From Macrostomum lignano (taxonomy: Eukaryota), in the NCBI GenBank assembly GCA_002269645.1, contig NIVC01003999.1, positions 1 through 64,000 of the forward strand: DNA of 64,000 nucleotides, given 5' to 3'. Shown piece by piece: positions 12,285 to 24,226 of the stretch (position 1 is the stretch's first letter; each line of letters opens with the position of its first letter). The notes under the pieces are model-generated. The model made no database searches. It was not told where the DNA came from and saw only the letters and a list, made by a program, of their open reading frames with translations. Made by a program: the position numbers and the translations under genes.

Positions 12285-13092
12285 ATAATCAGCTATCCAA
12301 AAAACCTCGTAGATAACTACTTGCATAATTAGGTACCTACCCACATAATTAGCTATTTACTCGCATAATTAGCTATCTACTAGCGTAATTAGCTATCTAC
12401 TAGCGTAATTAGCTATCTACTAGCATAATTAGCTATCTACTAGCATAATTAGCTAGCTACTAGCTTAATTAGCTATCTAAAAGCATAATTAGCTATCTAC
12501 AAGCATAATTAGCTATCTACAAGCATAATTAGATATCTACTCGCATAATAAGCTATCTACTAGCATAATTAGCTATCTACTCGCATAATTAGCTATCTAC
12601 TCGCATAATTAGCTATCTACTAGCGTAATTAGCTATCTACTCGCATAATTAGCTATCTACTAGCATAATTAGCTATCTACTCGCATAATTAGCTATCTAC
12701 TCGCATAATTAGCTATCTACTAGCGTAATTAGCTATCTACTCGCATAATTAGCTATCTACAAGCATAATTAGCTATCTACTCGCATAATTAGATATCTAC
12801 TCGCATAATAAGCTATCTACTAGCGTAATTAGCTATTTACTAGCGTAATTAGCTATCTACAAGCATAATAAGCTATCTACCCGCATAATTAGCTATTTAC
12901 TACGTAATTAGCTATCTACTCGCATAATTAGCTATCTACTCGCATAATTAGCTATCTGCTAGCATAATTAGCTATCTACTCGCATAATTAGCTATCTACT
13001 CGCATAACTAGCTATCTACTCGCATAACTAGCTATCTACTCGCATAATTAGCTATCTACTCGCATAATTAGCTATCTACCAGCATAATTAGC
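12285..13092. repeat. 20-bp minisatellite (GCATAATTAGCTATCTACTA), NEK1 intron 5
   Basis: Tandem repetition. Confidence 0.96.
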
Positions 13093-13102
13093 CAGCGCTC
13101 AC

Positions 13103-14128
13103 TGAGCTCGGGCTCCATAACAACGTGTTCAGCTCTACCAGCCGCCGCCATCGCTTCAGCTTCGGCAACAGCCGCGGCAGCCGTTGCAGCTGCTGCCGAC
13201 GCCTCGGCCGTTTCAACTTGCGACAAATCTGAATGCGCAGGCGACTTGACGCTTTCACTGTCGGCTTTGCCATCGACTTCGCCCTCGCCATCGACCTCTC
13301 GCTCCGGCAGGCTGTCGGAGTCGACCAGGGTGCCGGACAGGATTGGTGCGTTGCCCAGTCGACGCAGAAATCCCGTGTCGTCGGCGCGAGCGCCCCAGGC
13401 GCGCGGAGTTTGGCGCGCACTGCTCGGCGCCGCCGTCGGCGCCTGTGGCGATGTAGGAGAATCGGCAGAGGCTGAGGACGAATCCGACCCCTGCAGACGT
13501 AGCGGAAGTTGGTCCAGCCGGTCGACATCGCAGTCGACGCTGTCCCAGGCGCTGCGGACCCCCGCATCCGGTGGCGGCGGCTGCTGCTGAGGCACTGACG
13601 GCGGCTCGCCCTTGCGATTGATGTACCGCAGTATGGACTCCTTCTTTCGTCTCTTCTGAGCTTCCTGATCATCTCCGTTGCTGGCGTCCGCGGATGCTGC
13701 CGCGCTGTTGCTGCTGCTGGCGCCGATCTCAGCCAGGACTCGGGTGATGCCGCCTCCGCCGCCGCCGTTGGCGCCGCCTCCAGCCGAAGGCGTCGGCTCG
13801 GAATCCGACGCGCTGGCTGGTTGAAGCTTCTGCATCACTTCGGTAATGCTGGGCGGCGGAGGATACTGCGACTGTTGCTGTTGTTGCAGACGCTGCTGCT
13901 GCTGCTGCTGCTGCCGCTGGCGTTCCGAAGCCTCCTTGAAGCGCTTGTCCATTTGCTCGCGCAGTCGATTGGCTCTATCGCGGGCCTCAGTCTTTAGGGC
14001 GTCGATTTTTGCTTCACGAACGTGACGCTCCTGTTGAACATCTTCGCCGAGCTGCTGTCGCTCGCGTTGGTTGCGACGGCGAACCTCCTCGAGGCGGCGG
14101 AGGTAGGTCTCCTCCACTGCGACAGCTG
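13103..14128 (-). CDS. NEK1: NEK1-like kinase exon 5 (coiled coil + low complexity)
   Basis: EETYLRRLEEVRRRNQRERQQL resembles the NEK1 EEYLARLRQIRLQNFNERQQI motif; acceptor cccag|, donor |gtgagc, both phase 1. Confidence 0.85.
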
Positions 14129-14214
14129 CTGGGCGAGCTGGATGGTGAGAGAAATGGGCGAGTCTTAAGCGCTTTGTTGATTGGTTCTTTCAATGGGGAT
14201 GAATTATCTAATAC

Positions 14215-15060
14215 CTGATTACCTGTTTATCTTATCTCCCTGATTACCTGCTTATCTTATCTCCCTGATTACCTGCTTATCTTATCTCCCTGATTACCTG
14301 CTTATCTTATCTCCCTGATTACATGCTTATCATATCTCTCTGATTACTTGATTATCTTATCTCCCTGATTACATGCTTATCATATCTCTCTGATTACATG
14401 CTTATCATATCTCTCTGATTCCCTGATTACCTGCTTATCTTATCTCCCTGATTACCTGCTTATCTTATCTCCCTGATTACCTGCTTATCATATCTCCTCG
14501 ATTACCTGCTTATCTTATCTCCCTGATTACCTGCTTATTTTATCTCCCTGATTACCTGCTTATCTTATCTCCCTGATTACCTGCTTATCTTATCTCCCTG
14601 ATTACCTGCTTATCTTATCTCCCTGATTACCTGCTTATCATATCTCCCTGATTACCTGCTTATCTTATCTCCCTGATTACCTGCTTATCTTATCTCCCTG
14701 ATTACCTGCTTATCTTATCTCCCTGATTACCTGCTTATCTTATCTCCCTGATTACCTGCTTATCTTATCTCCCTGATTACCTGCTTATCTTATCTCCCTG
14801 ATTACCTGCTTATCTTATCTCCCTGATTACCTGCTTATCATATCTCCCTGATTACCTGCTTATCATATCTTCCTGATTACCTGCTTATCTTATCTCCCTG
14901 ATTACCTGCTTATCTTATCCCCCTGATTACCTGCTTATCATATCTCCCTGATTACCTGCTTATCTTATCTCCCTGATTACCTGCTTATCATATCTCCTCG
15001 ATTACCTGCTTATCTTATCTCCCTGATTACCTGCTTATCTTCATAATTAATTACCTGCTT
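14215..15060. repeat. 25-bp minisatellite (GATTACCTGCTTATCTTATCTCCCT), NEK1 intron 4
   Basis: Tandem repetition. Confidence 0.96.
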
Positions 15061-15525
15061 ATCGAATTTCCATAATTCGTTGCCTGTTCATCTTATATTT
15101 TATTCTTAATTACTTGCTTATAGTATCTTCCTAATTAATAGCAATGTATTTCTTTAATCCATAACCTGCTTATCTCACGAGCGTATATCTAAAACCAATT
15201 TCTCATAGTTCAGTAAAGTCAAAACTAAATCAATTACATAAAAATATTCTAAGAAATGCCAATACACCGGTAAAAGTACAGCGACACCTTTGTTCAAAAT
15301 AACGCCCCTACCCTCGAGACAAGTCTTCCCAAGGGACAGCTCACAAACGCATTTAATTTGTTTTATTGCCGAGATGACAATGCAAAAAGTCATAATTAAG
15401 AGACCCGCGACTTTGCAAGCGTGCATAAATAATTAACTAGTGAATCTTGATTTAAGAAACCTTAGACAAGATGAAGATCTACACTCTCTGGCTCCATCTT
15501 CCGCCTTCTCAAAGCCCCCCCCGCA

Positions 15526-15840
15526 ATGCCATTTGAGTCAAACTTAAACAGCAAGAACCGCGAGTTGGATCGCCAACTACAACTCGAATTCGACCGTCTG
15601 GCCAGACAAGCCTTCGAAGCCAGACGCCGAATCGATATGGAAATGGCTGGCCTGGTGTTGGACTGCATCCGGATGCGGTGGAGCCTGACGCCCACCGTGA
15701 ACCAACGGTTGGCCGCCGAAAATGCTGAGCCAATTCTGCGTCAGAGATTGGCGCAAATCAGAGCGGCACTCGAGGCCAGGGCGAGGCGGCTACAGCTGAG
15801 GCGGAACGCTGTTCACGGCTACGGACAAATAAGTATTTAA
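15526..15840 (+). CDS. Putative 104-aa helical/coiled-coil protein nested antisense in NEK1 intron 4
   Basis: ATG-to-TAA ORF forming a GC-rich island between AT-rich flanks; E/R/L/Q/A-rich; NEK1 splices in phase without it. Confidence 0.45.
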   Translation: MPFESNLNSKNRELDRQLQLEFDRLARQAFEARRRIDMEMAGLVLDCIRMRWSLTPTVNQRLAAENAEPILRQRLAQIRAALEARARRLQLRRNAVHGYGQISI

Positions 15841-16044
15841 TAACTAATGCTAGGCTAACCGCATAGCACTCGGACTATCTTTTTTACGTTGGATTTAAAA
15901 ATGCGATTTAAAATGCTAAATATACTACTGTTTGGGAGGCTCAAGTTACTATGAATTAATCCCAGATTTTCTACTGACCTACCAATATTTACGGCTCGGA
16001 CAAGCTAACTGGGAATGAGATCAGCAAAACAAATCCCAAAATAC

Positions 16045-16570
16045 AATCAGATCCCAAACTACAATAGGGGATCAGATCCCAAACTACAATAGGGGATCAG
16101 ATCCCAAACTACAATAGGGGATCAGATCCCAAACTACAATAGGGGATCAGATCCCAAACTACAATAGGGGATCAGATCTTAAACTACAATAGGGGGTCAG
16201 ATCCCAAACTACAATAGGGGGTCAGACCCCAAACTACAATAGGGGGTCAGACCCCAAACTACAATAGGGGGTCAGACCCCAAACTACAATAGGGGGTCAG
16301 ACCCCAAACTACAATAGGGGGTCAGACCCCAAACTACAATAGGGGGTCAGACCCCAAACTACAATAAGGGGTCAGATCCCAAACTACAATAGGGGATCAG
16401 ATCCCAAACTACAATAGGGGATCAGATCCCAAACTACAATAGGGGATCAGATCCCAAACTACAATAGGGGATCAGATCCCAAACTACAATAGGGGATCAG
16501 AGCCCAAACTACAATGGAGTTCAGATCACAAATTACAATGGAGTTCAGATCCCAAATTACAATGGGGATC
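16045..16570. repeat. 25-bp minisatellite (ATCAGATCCCAAACTACAATAGGGG), NEK1 intron 4
   Basis: Period 25 seen directly; abuts the donor at 16577. Confidence 0.96.
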
Positions 16571-16577
16571 AATGTAC

Positions 16578-17334
16578 CAGGCACCTCAAAAGCCGGCCAC
16601 TCACGTGAAAGCGGATTAACGGCCTGCACGGCGCCCAGACCGAGGCCTTGCGCTTTAATCCGAGCTGCCAGCCGTTTCCGTTCCCAGTAATCCTCGAGCA
16701 GACGCTGGGCCCGTTCCGACTGGTTGTCGGCGGCGGGCGGTGGTGTCGGAGAAGCTGACGGCGAGGACGACGGAACGGCAACCCCTGGATGGAGCTGCTG
16801 CTGCTGCGGCTGCGGCGACTGACGCGGCCGGTGCTGCGCCTCCTTGGCCAGATTATCCAGCGCGGCGTGGTATGCGGCGTAATCTCCGCCTCTCGGCGAG
16901 GGCGACGGTGACGGTGAAGGCGAAGCGGCAGCGGCGACTGCTGCAGCTGGAGGCGGCGTCGGCGTTTGGGCCGCGTTAATCCAGGCTTCCTCGCGCTGCT
17001 GGCGGCGTTTTGCTTCGTCCTGCTCGCGTTCCTTCTGCTGCTGCTGCTGTTGCTGCTGCTGCATCCGCTGCCTGTGCTGCTCGTTGGCGCGGCGCACTGC
17101 GGCCAGACGCTGCTCCTGGTCGCGTCGGCGGGCTGCGGCCAGCGAGGCGGATTCATTGCCGCCGCCTCCGCCTCCGCCGAGCTTCTGCGCGTAGGGGCTG
17201 AGCGGAGCGGCCGGGTAGGCGGCAGCCGCAGCTGCAACGACCCGCTTCGACGAAGCTGACGAAGGTCTCGGGGCGCTGCCCGGCCTCTTCTGACCGGCCG
17301 AGGCTGGCGATGCCTGCTGAATAGCGGCCACCTC
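16578..17334 (-). CDS. NEK1: NEK1-like kinase exon 4 (Gln/Pro/Ala-rich)
   Basis: Acceptor ctttcag| phase 0; LLEDYWERKRLAARIKAQGLG resembles NEK1 [20 protein letters not shown]; donor ctg|gtacat phase 1. Confidence 0.82.
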
Positions 17335-17464
17335 CTGAAAGGCCAGGCGGAAAGAGGCGCTGAAACGTAGGGCCGGGGCCTGTCGTGCGATTCTCGCCCA
17401 TGAGGGCCAACCCGCAAGGCTCAGAGAGAGTGTACATGCCCGACGATTAGACAGTCAGGACCGC

Positions 17465-17955
17465 TCTTGTCACTCCACTGAAGACCCTCTTGTCACTCCG
17501 CTGAAGATCCTCTTGTCACTCCACTGAAGACCCTCTTGTCACTCCACTGAAGACCCTCTTGTCACTCCACTGAAGACCTTCTTGTCACTCCACTGAAGAC
17601 CCTCTTGTCATTCGGGTGAAAACCCTCTTGTCACTCCACTGAAGACCCTCTTGTCACTCCACGGAAGACCCTCTTGTCACTCCAGTGAAGACCTTCTTGT
17701 CACTCCACTGAAGACCCTATTGTCATTCGGGTGAAGACCTTCGTGTCACTCCACTGAAGACCCTCTTGTCACTCCACGGAAGACCCTCTTGTCACTCCAC
17801 GGAAGACCCTCTTGTCACTCCACGGAAGACCCTCTTGTCACTCCACGGAAGACCCTCTTGTCACTCCACGGAAGACCCTCTTGTCACTCCACGGAAGACC
17901 CTCTTGTCACTCCACGGAAGACCCTATTGTCACTCCTCGGAAGACCCTCTTGTCA
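17465..17955. repeat. 23-bp minisatellite (CTTGTCACTCCACGGAAGACCCT), NEK1 intron 3
   Basis: Tandem repetition. Confidence 0.95.
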
Positions 17956-18136
17956 TTCTAGATTATCCAGTAACTCAGCTGACTCTGCGTGTCGACTCCA
18001 TAAACACCAACTCAATTGTGACTTAAAAGACCATCCTAGGCTTTCCAAAATTTCCAAAAATCAATTGGTGATATAATTTTGGCAAAGTCTACGCAATTTT
18101 AAAAAAAAATTATTTTAGTAAAATAATAAAACCCAC

Positions 18137-18212
18137 CTCAGCCGAAATGTGCTTCAACAGAGCCGGGAGAAGAACCTCCTTCTTCAGCAGAGCTTGCACA
18201 GTGGGCCGGTCT
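18137..18212 (-). CDS. NEK1: NEK1-like kinase exon 3 (end of kinase domain, DRPTVQALLKKEVLLPALLKHISAE)
   Basis: tttgcag| and |gtgggt; completes the ..NPRDRP.. subdomain XI. Confidence 0.88.
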
Positions 18213-18239
18213 CTGCAAATAGAGAAATAACAGTAGAAG

Positions 18240-18842
18240 TCACCCCACTGACTCTTCTGTCACTCTACTGACTCTTATGTAACTCGAATGACTAATCCTG
18301 TCACTCCACTGACACTTCTGTCACTCCACTGACTCTTCTGTCACTCTACTGACTCTTATGTAACTCGAATGACTAATCCTGTCACTCCACTGACACTTCT
18401 GTCACTCCACTGACTCTTCTGTCACTCGAATGACTAATTCTGTCACTCCACTGACTCTTCTGTCACTCCACTGACTCTTCTGTCACTCCACTGACTCTTC
18501 TGTCACTCCACTGACTCTTCTGTATCTCAACTGACTAATCCTGTCACTCCACTGACTCTTCTGTCACTCCACTGACTCTTCTGTAACTCGAATGACTAAT
18601 CCTGTCACTCCACTGACTTTTCTGTAACTCGAATGACTAATCCTGTCACTCCACTGACTCTTCTGTAACTCAACTGACTAATCCTGTCACTCCACTGACT
18701 CTTATGTCACTCCACTGACTCTTCTGTAACTCAACTGACTAATCCTGTCACTCCACTGACTCTTCTGTAACTCGAATGACTAATCCTGTCACTCCACTGA
18801 CTCTTCTGTCACTCCACTGACTCTTCTGTCACTCCACTGACT
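18240..18842. repeat. 20-bp minisatellite (CTGTCACTCCACTGACTCTT), NEK1 intron 2
   Basis: Tandem repetition. Confidence 0.95.
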
Positions 18843-18878
18843 ACCATATATCCCAAAGCTACGAGTAGTTCAACAAAC

Positions 18879-19229
18879 CTTGGATTTTTCCGAAACATAG
18901 CGGAGCAGATGGACCGAATCTCTGAACTGTACCTCGGCGATACGGGCATAACATTGCCCAATTTAATATTAATATACAATTGTTTCTCATTTTTAGCTTC
19001 GAATGCGTGATTCAGTGTTAATAATTCGTATAGCACGCAGCCGAGCGACCAGATGTCGGTTTTATTATTGTAAGCCTCGGATTTGACAATCTCAGGGCTA
19101 ACATAGTACGGTGTGCCGATGGCAGTGCTGGCCAGTTGCAGCGTGCAGTCTAATGTTTTGGCGACTCCGAAATCGCCAAGCTTCACTTGACCGCTGCGCA
19201 TCAGAAATATGTTCTGCGGCTTGATGTCT
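18879..19229 (-). CDS. NEK1: NEK1-like kinase exon 2 (DIKPQN, DFG, GTPYYVSPE)
   Basis: Kinase subdomains VI-XI with NIMA-family signature (GTPYY.SPE, YNNKTDIWSLGCVLYEL). Confidence 0.95.
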
Positions 19230-19321
19230 CTGGGATAAAGGAATTTAAAGTTGGACTTTTAAAAAATATTCATTATGCTATTAATGATTTAGTAGTGTGT
19301 TTGAAATGGGTCAACGCATGG

Positions 19322-20300
19322 AAAGACTGGGGAGAGTGGGGAGCGGAAAGACTGTGGAGAGTAGGGAGCGGAAAGACTGGAGAGTGGGGAGCGGGAAGAT
19401 AAGGAGAGTAGGGAGCGGGAAGACTGGAGAGTAGGGAGCGGGAAGACTGGAGAGTGGGGAGCGGGAAGATTAAGAGAGTAGGGAGCGGGAAGACTGGAGA
19501 GTAGGGAGCGGGAAGATTGGGGAGAGTAGGGAGCGGGAATACTGTGGAGAGTAGGGAGCGGGAAGACTGGAGAGTGGGGAGCGGGAAGATTAAGAGAGTA
19601 GGGAGCGGGAAGACTGGAGAGTAGGGAGCGGGAAGATTAAGAGAGTAGGGAGCGGGAAGATTGGGAGAGTAGGGAGCGGGAAGATTAAGAGAGTAGGGAG
19701 TGGAAAGACTGTGGAGAATAGGGAGCGGGAAGACTGGAGAGTAGGGAGCGGGAAGACTGGAGAGTAGGGAGCGGGAAGACTGGAGAGTAGGGAGCGGGAA
19801 GATTAAGAGAGTAGGGAGCGGGAAGATTAAGAGAGTAGGGAGTGGAAAGACTGTGGAGAATAGGGAGCGGGAAGACTGGAGAGTAGGGAGCGGGAAGATT
19901 AAGAGAGTAGGGAGCGGGAAGACTGGAGAGTAGGGAGCGGGAAGATTAAGAGAGTAGGGAGCGGAAAGACTGTGGAGAATAGGGAGCGGGAAGACTGGAG
20001 AGTAGGGAGCGGAAAGACTGGAGAGTAGGGAGCGGAAAGACTGTGGAGAGTAGGGAGCGGGAAGACTGGAGAGTAGGGAGCGGAAAGACTGGAGAGTGGG
20101 GAGCGGGAAGACTGGAGAGTAGGGAGCGGGAAGACTGGAGAGTAGGGAGCGGAAAGACTGGAGAGTAGGGAGCGGAAAGACTGGAGAGTAGGGAGCGGAA
20201 AGACTGGAGAGTAGGGAGCGGGAAGACTGTGGAGAGTAGGGAGCGGAAAGACTGGGGAGAGTAGGGAGCGGGAAGACTGAAGAGTGGGGAGCGGGAAGGC
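19322..20300. repeat. About 23-bp purine-rich minisatellite (GGGAGCGGGAAGACTGGAGAGTA), NEK1 intron 1
   Basis: Tandem repetition. Confidence 0.96.
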
Positions 20301-20374
20301 GGGTGTGGGGGCAGAGAAACTAAAGACAGAAAAGTCCATTTCAGAGCAGATACACATAGATATAAATAACTCAC

Positions 20375-20757
20375 CTGTGAATGACATGCTTATCGTGAAC
20401 ATACTTCAGGGCCAGGCACATCTGGGCAAACCAGTCCACCACCTGCTCCTCTGGGAAGGGGGATCGCTGGGCGCTAATTTTCGAGCTCAGATCGCCTCCG
20501 TCGCAGAATTCCATAACGATGTGCAGCGAGCCAGCCTCGATAAAGGAATCCAAATAGTGCACAATGCTAGGATGGTCAAACTGTTTGAGTAACTCAACCT
20601 CTTGCTTAGCGGACTCCCGTTCCCTTTGTGAGCGCATCCTGCTGAGCATCACCTCCTTGATCACGCAGCGCTGGTTGTTTGACTTTTTGCGGACAAGAAT
20701 GGCTTTGCCATAAGCACCTTCGCCTATGCGGCGAATTGGTTCATAACTGTTGGACAT
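20375..20757 (-). CDS. NEK1: NEK1-like (NIMA-related) Ser/Thr kinase exon 1
   Basis: MSNSYEPIRRIGEGAYGKAILV...VIKE...EV.LL...HPSIV.Y..SF...HVIHR; donor |gtgag. All 8 exons sum to 3795 nt in frame. Confidence 0.95.
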
Positions 20758-23164
20758 GCCAGTCACTGTAGTTTTTAGCAATTATTTTTTAGTCAATTGG
20801 TTCACTTGCTATTGCTTGACAACTACTGGTAAATATCTATATCTAGGTTGCAGGTAAGTACATTCTACAAGAATACTAATTAGATATTCTTTGACAAATT
20901 GATAGAAGATAAACAATTTTAAAAAATTTCAAAGTGCACATTATAAGCAAAGCAAATATAAAGCTTAAACACTAAATTTATATATGAAGGACCTATTTTA
21001 AAATTGAAAAAAACTGCAGAACACTTTCTAGATATCAAATCAATCAAAATATAAATATTGATTGATATTTTAAAAGTTAATACAACAAATTAGGCAATAC
21101 TAGTTTTAAGACTAATATATCTAATAAAAAAGATTTTACATCTGATATTACTCAATTTGTCAAAGCTAAACAAGAGCCTAAGAAAGCTAAGTTTTTTGCT
21201 ACATAATATTAAGCAGTTTGCTAAATATTACTAAAATTTTTTGCCATGCATCTATTTCACATTCTACAAGACTATCCACACTAGATTTTATTAGCATGCA
21301 TTCAGTTTGGATGAAAAAAGTTGGTATGCATTGGTGTGAATTTGGCTATTTGGGCAATGCATAGCATAGTAATATAACATAGTATAGCTATAGCATAGCC
21401 TACATGGTGTATAGCAAAATGATATATTACCTAGTATAGTATTAATTATAGTATAAAATATAGTGTAATTATATATTAGTATTATAGTATTATATATATA
21501 TATTATATATAATATTTTTATTATAATTAGATGACAGGCCTAAACTAGCTAAACCAAACAGAGTTAAAAAATTATTGAATAAATTTATAGTCATTTAAAA
21601 TTAAAGTTAAAAAAGGTCAAGACCATTTGAAAAACCAATATTCTTAGTCGCGAGCTATGATGTCATGGATACTGATATATAGTGATTGGTATTGGTAATG
21701 ATGGATCACAGTCATGGACAGGACAGGTTAGATTTTTAGATAAACTTTACTTTACCGATTTGAATTATGAAGCAAATAAGTAAATATTATATTTTTTAAA
21801 ACCACGATTTATTAACCTATTACTAATACTTGATATTTATAAATATTAAATATTCGGGTTCGTTCTAAAATATAGTAGTGCTGTGCCGCAGGTCAGAGTG
21901 ACAACGCAGAGCAGTGCAAAAACGCATATTTTTTTTAATTTTCACAAGAAAAGTTGTTGTACTTGTCAAATTTGGGCGCTGGGCGTTAGTTAATGACTCT
22001 CACGATAATACTAAAACATAAAGAATACAGATTCACAGTTATAAATAAAGTTATTATGTAATAATTAAAGCACATAATAATACATTTTGCAAATTAAGCT
22101 AACAGCAATGGCATTTTTGTTTATGCTTTTGGCTGCCGGAATGTATATTCAGCTAGATGAACAATTGAAGGCAGAAAGTACAAGCAAAAAGCAAAAAGCT
22201 GCCAAAAAATACCACTGAAGTTTTTAGCAGGCATAACTAGCCCAAAAACTGGTGCAGTTCAACTCCGATTTAAAGAAGGTCCGTAGAAGCATAGCGTCAA
22301 GAAGAATAAATATTATTTACATGTATTAATACATATAATCTCATTTACTTATGTACTTGCACCATGGAATGCACATGTACTGAATGTATGATATAAAACA
22401 TATTACTGCACTGGACTAAAGGCAAACAATGGTTGAACTGCAACGGTTTGAGTTCTTGTACATCGTAAAAAGGTTTTGAATTTCCCTCAAGCTGTTTTGT
22501 CTGCAAAATTAATCAAAATTAAATTAATTGTCGCTCGTCGCGCGCTCTTGGCCTTGTGCTGGCTCTAATTTACCAATAGCTAAATATATTGAATATACTT
22601 TGCAGTTCTTCGACAATGCTTCGACAGCTCCCTGTAATTCGACATAATATTAATGATCATCTAATCCTGATCGACCGCTATACAACTCATCAACCCAACA
22701 AAAAGTATCTACAAAACCGTGACAAACTTAAACTATTATAATAGATTGTATTTTTTTATTTCAATATTACGTTGGGCCAAAAACTATAAAGTAGCATTTT
22801 CAGCCGGCGTGAATTTTGATTTTTGGCTGCACTTAAAAAAGTACTTCAGTATCTCTTACACTGAATTTAATAAATTTACCTTACTTTGAGGAGTCTCCAA
22901 AAACTGCACTCCAACACGCTCTCATTTTAAATTTAAACCGCATTTCATGCAAAGAGTTCAGAACCAATATAAAGAGCATCATTGATAGGAACCCTGCATG
23001 GTCTCTATTATACACTAATTCTATCCTAGCTCTCTTGGTAGCGTCTCTGCCCTGCGGTCTGCTCCCTGTGCTGGTATCGGACAAAGCGCCACTTTAATCT
23101 ACTGTTACCGACTGAAGCCGGTGATAGTGTACATTCGATAATGACGCTGCCATGAAGAGACTAA

Positions 23165-24226
23165 TGAAGTACTTTGGGTTTTCTTGGGGTGGCCTGGTAG
23201 GTCTTTGAATCCCACCGCTGCCACCAATGAAGTACAGGCTATTTGCTTCCCGGATTTAGGCCCTTGCGGATTACCTTAAGTCTCGAGCCTCTTCAGAGGG
23301 AAGTTCTCTCAAATCTCAGTAGCGTAGGTAATGCTGCCACCAGTTCCTTCAGGTCTCGGCCTTCGGTGAGGTGAGCTTTCCGTCGGAACGAAATAAACAA
23401 GTCAACGAACTCAGCACAGCGTGCAGATTTGCAGATTAATGAACAAGGCGTCCTGATCAGCAGATCCCCGCCGGGCTCAGGGGTGGCTGGGAAGGCAGTG
23501 TTAGCCTCCCTTAGGCTTGGGCTTTAGTGGGGTCTCAGTCAGACCAGTACAAACGGATTCAGTACACAAAGGGCACTTAGTTAGACACTGACGCACACGG
23601 GATCTTAGCGAATTCTCCGCAGATAAGAAGCCAATCCTTGACGGAAACAAGGGGAGAGGGGTCCTATTTATAGCCGGGAAACACCCACGCACAAGACCTC
23701 GCGACTTGTTCTATTTTTAGAACTGACGTCACTTGAGATCTCGAGGCAGGGTCTCAGTGCGCGCAAGACCTCGTGACTCGTTCTATTTTTAGAACTGACG
23801 TCACTTGAGGTCTCCGGCCAGAGTACACGCGGCTGTGACTCAGTTGCTATTTTTAGCAACATGAGTCACTCCTCTCCTTAGAGAAGGGAGGGGTCCGAAA
23901 GCACGTGATTCTCCCGGTAAACAGGGCCAACGAGTGCAGTAAACATGTTTACTGCACTTTAGGACTCGAAGAACGCAGAGTCTGTCATGTGACTTGCTCA
24001 CATGACAGAGGAAAACGGGACGGGAACGAAACAGAGACAGCCCACAGCAGAGAAGCTGAGGGCTGAGAACAGAGACGCAGAAGGGCAGAACAGGCCAAGG
24101 GCAGCAACAGACGGGCCAAGGGGGGCGGAAGCTGACCAGCGGCAGACAGCAACCCAGGGCGAGGGCGAGGGCAAGGGCGACTGCTGACAAAGTGGGACGC
24201 CTAACACCAACTAGCGGATCACTACA
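23165..24226 (-). mobile_element. Solo LTR (about 1.06 kb), Ty3/Gypsy-type
   Basis: TGAAGT...CACTACA termini, flanked by direct repeat CTAA (23161-64 / 24227-30); minus-strand TATAAATA at 23672-23665; homologous to 31981-33022. Confidence 0.85.

Noticed and set aside
15462-15830. Minus-strand NEK1 exon starting at gtccgtag|
   Set aside because: All three frames hit stops soon after the acceptor, and exons 4 and 5 already join in phase.
23103-23164. TGTTACC as the left end of the solo LTR
   Set aside because: TGAAGT at 23165 gives a perfect CTAA TSD and matches the second copy's terminus.
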